Origin: an uncultured virus (IMG/VR IMGVR_UViG_3300044953_000297) | Lineage: Duplodnaviria; Heunggongvirae; Uroviricota; Caudoviricetes | IMG/VR virus record: IMGVR_UViG_3300044953_000297 | Reading direction: 5' to 3' (one strand) | DNA length: 64,000 bases | Shown here: positions 62,564 through 64,000 of the stretch, in pieces | Layout of the letters: the number at the start of each line of letters is the position of its first letter | Numbering within the stretch: the stretch's first letter is position 1 | Program-made: the position numbers and the translations under genes | Notes under the pieces: model-generated | The model's input: the letters and a program-made list of their open reading frames with translations, nothing else | Database searches by the model: none | What the model was told of the DNA's origin: nothing

Positions 62564-62613
62564 ATGCTAAGTCAACTAGAGAAAAATTAAAAAATGCAGC
62601 AATAAATCAAGGA

Positions 62614-63592
62614 TTGGGAAAATATAAAATATATGAACGAGAAAATTATTGTGATACGGAAATTAAAAGTTTAGTAGAAAAGTATAAAAATTTGCCAAAA
62701 TATACCGATATTTTTAATTCAACTATAACATATAAATCGGAACATATTTGGAGAAACTCTATAATAAGAAAAATGGATATTTCTTCGTGTAATTTATTTT
62801 TCTATCTTTTAGAAGATAATATTCCCGATTGTAAGTATTGTAATATTAAATTATCAATTGATTCATATTCATATGGTGGGAAGGGTTTTTCATTTAAAGG
62901 ATTTAAAAAATATTGTCTAATTTGTACAAATAATCAAAACTATAAAAGATATAAACATTCTAAAGAATCAGTTTTAAAATTTAAAATTTCAAAATTAAAA
63001 TGGACAAATTCAAAATCAGGAAAGTTATTTTATAAAAAACTCGGAAAACAAAATAGTATAGGTTTAAAAAAAATATTTTCAAACAGATCAGGGGCGTAAT
63101 CAAATTGAAAAAACATCATTAAAACAATCAAAAATTTTAAAAGAAAAAATATTAAAGGGAGAATTTCATCCAAATATAACAAACAGTTGGACAAATTGGA
63201 ATGCTATAATTACATTAGAAAATAAAATATATAAGTTTAGAAGTTCATGGGAAGCTTCATTTTTTGTTAGTAACACTCATTGTAAATATGAGTATATTAG
63301 GATACCATATATTGATAAACATGACAAAACTAAAACTTATATTGCGGATTTTTATGATGAAAAAAACAAAATTTTATATGAACTAAAACCTAGATCCGTA
63401 TTTAAAAAAGAAGTAGTAAAAATAAATCAAGTTATAGAATATTGCATAAAAAATGAAATAAAATTTATATGGTTGAATGAAAACAACATTCTAAATCATA
63501 TTGACAAAAAAGATTTCTCGGATGATAATCTAAATCAATACAATAAAATGTTAGAGGGTATTTATGGTAAAAATAAAAATAAAATCAATTAA
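62614..63592 (+). pseudogene. PD-(D/E)XK (TnsA-like) homing endonuclease, frameshifted at A8 run ~63070
   Basis: CxxC pairs; after shift FRSSWEA...YE..RIPY...YIADF...ELKP; no clear own start. Confidence 0.72.
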
Positions 63593-64000
63593 AAAATTGG
63601 AAGAAAAAATGCATGTATATGATTTATCAGTGGATGGAAATCATAACTTTTTCATAGGAAACAAACCAACTTTAACATCAAATTGTGATTTTTTAACGAC
63701 TGAAGCTCAGGCATCTCTTCGTAATTTGATGGAAACATATAGTCAAACTACGAGGTTTATTTTGACTTGTAATTATGTTGAGAAGATCATCAAGCCTCTT
63801 ATTAGTCGTTGTCAAGTGTTTGATATTGAACCGCCTACTCCAAAGAATGTAGCGATTCATATCAAGAATATCTTGGATAAAGAGAATATTAAGTACGAAT
63901 TGCCATCTCTTAAGAACGTATTGGATGATTTTTATCCAGATGTACGGAAGATTATCAACTTCGTACAACAGAATAGCACTAGTGGTACATTGAAGATTGT
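63564..64000 (+). CDS. Clamp loader piece 3: 40-aa intein C-fragment + C-terminal extein (3' partial; absent from ORF track)
   Basis: GAGGG RBS; MVKIKIKSIKK...VYDLSVDGNHNFFIG..TLTSN/CDFLTTEAQASLRNLME...FILTCN...SRC. Confidence 0.9.
   Translation, partial: MVKIKIKSIKKLEEKMHVYDLSVDGNHNFFIGNKPTLTSNCDFLTTEAQASLRNLMETYSQTTRFILTCNYVEKIIKPLISRCQVFDIEPPTPKNVAIHIKNILDKENIKYELPSLKNVLDDFYPDVRKIINFVQQNSTSGTLKI

Noticed and set aside
1..64000. tRNA or rRNA genes
   Set aside because: No cloverleaf or rRNA-like segment recognised; intergenic gaps are short and AT-rich.

Overview
AT-rich fragment of a large T4-like (myovirus-type) phage genome. It contains the end of a tail/baseplate module (1-7.0 kb); a replication/recombination block (PolA-like protein, SSB, RecA, 5' flap nuclease, DnaB, NrdAB); accessory genes (PAS protein, AAA+/VWA pair, DUF4338/DruA-like protein, UvsE, gp62-like subunit, dNMP kinase); an ~18 kb mostly minus-strand glycosyltransferase/methyltransferase island; and a PolB - sliding clamp - clamp loader block. 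The most striking signal is two unrelated essential-looking genes, the flap nuclease and a GT-B glycosyltransferase. Each is broken inside a conserved N-terminal motif by a 5-6 nt insertion of the form TTG-stop, and each is directly preceded by a long (19-22 bp) hairpin that ends at the TTG. This looks like a miniature programmed ribosomal bypass (stop-hop) element. One copy belongs to a homing-endonuclease cassette that supplies a replacement gene start, as with T4 gene 60/mobA. The window also carries four split inteins: NrdA, PolB, and two in a three-piece clamp loader, one of them atypically split. Other notable items are a glycosyltransferase split by an HNH gene and four variant copies of the PolB C-terminal tail marking a cassette-accretion hotspot. 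All family calls come from motif recognition; no database search was run.
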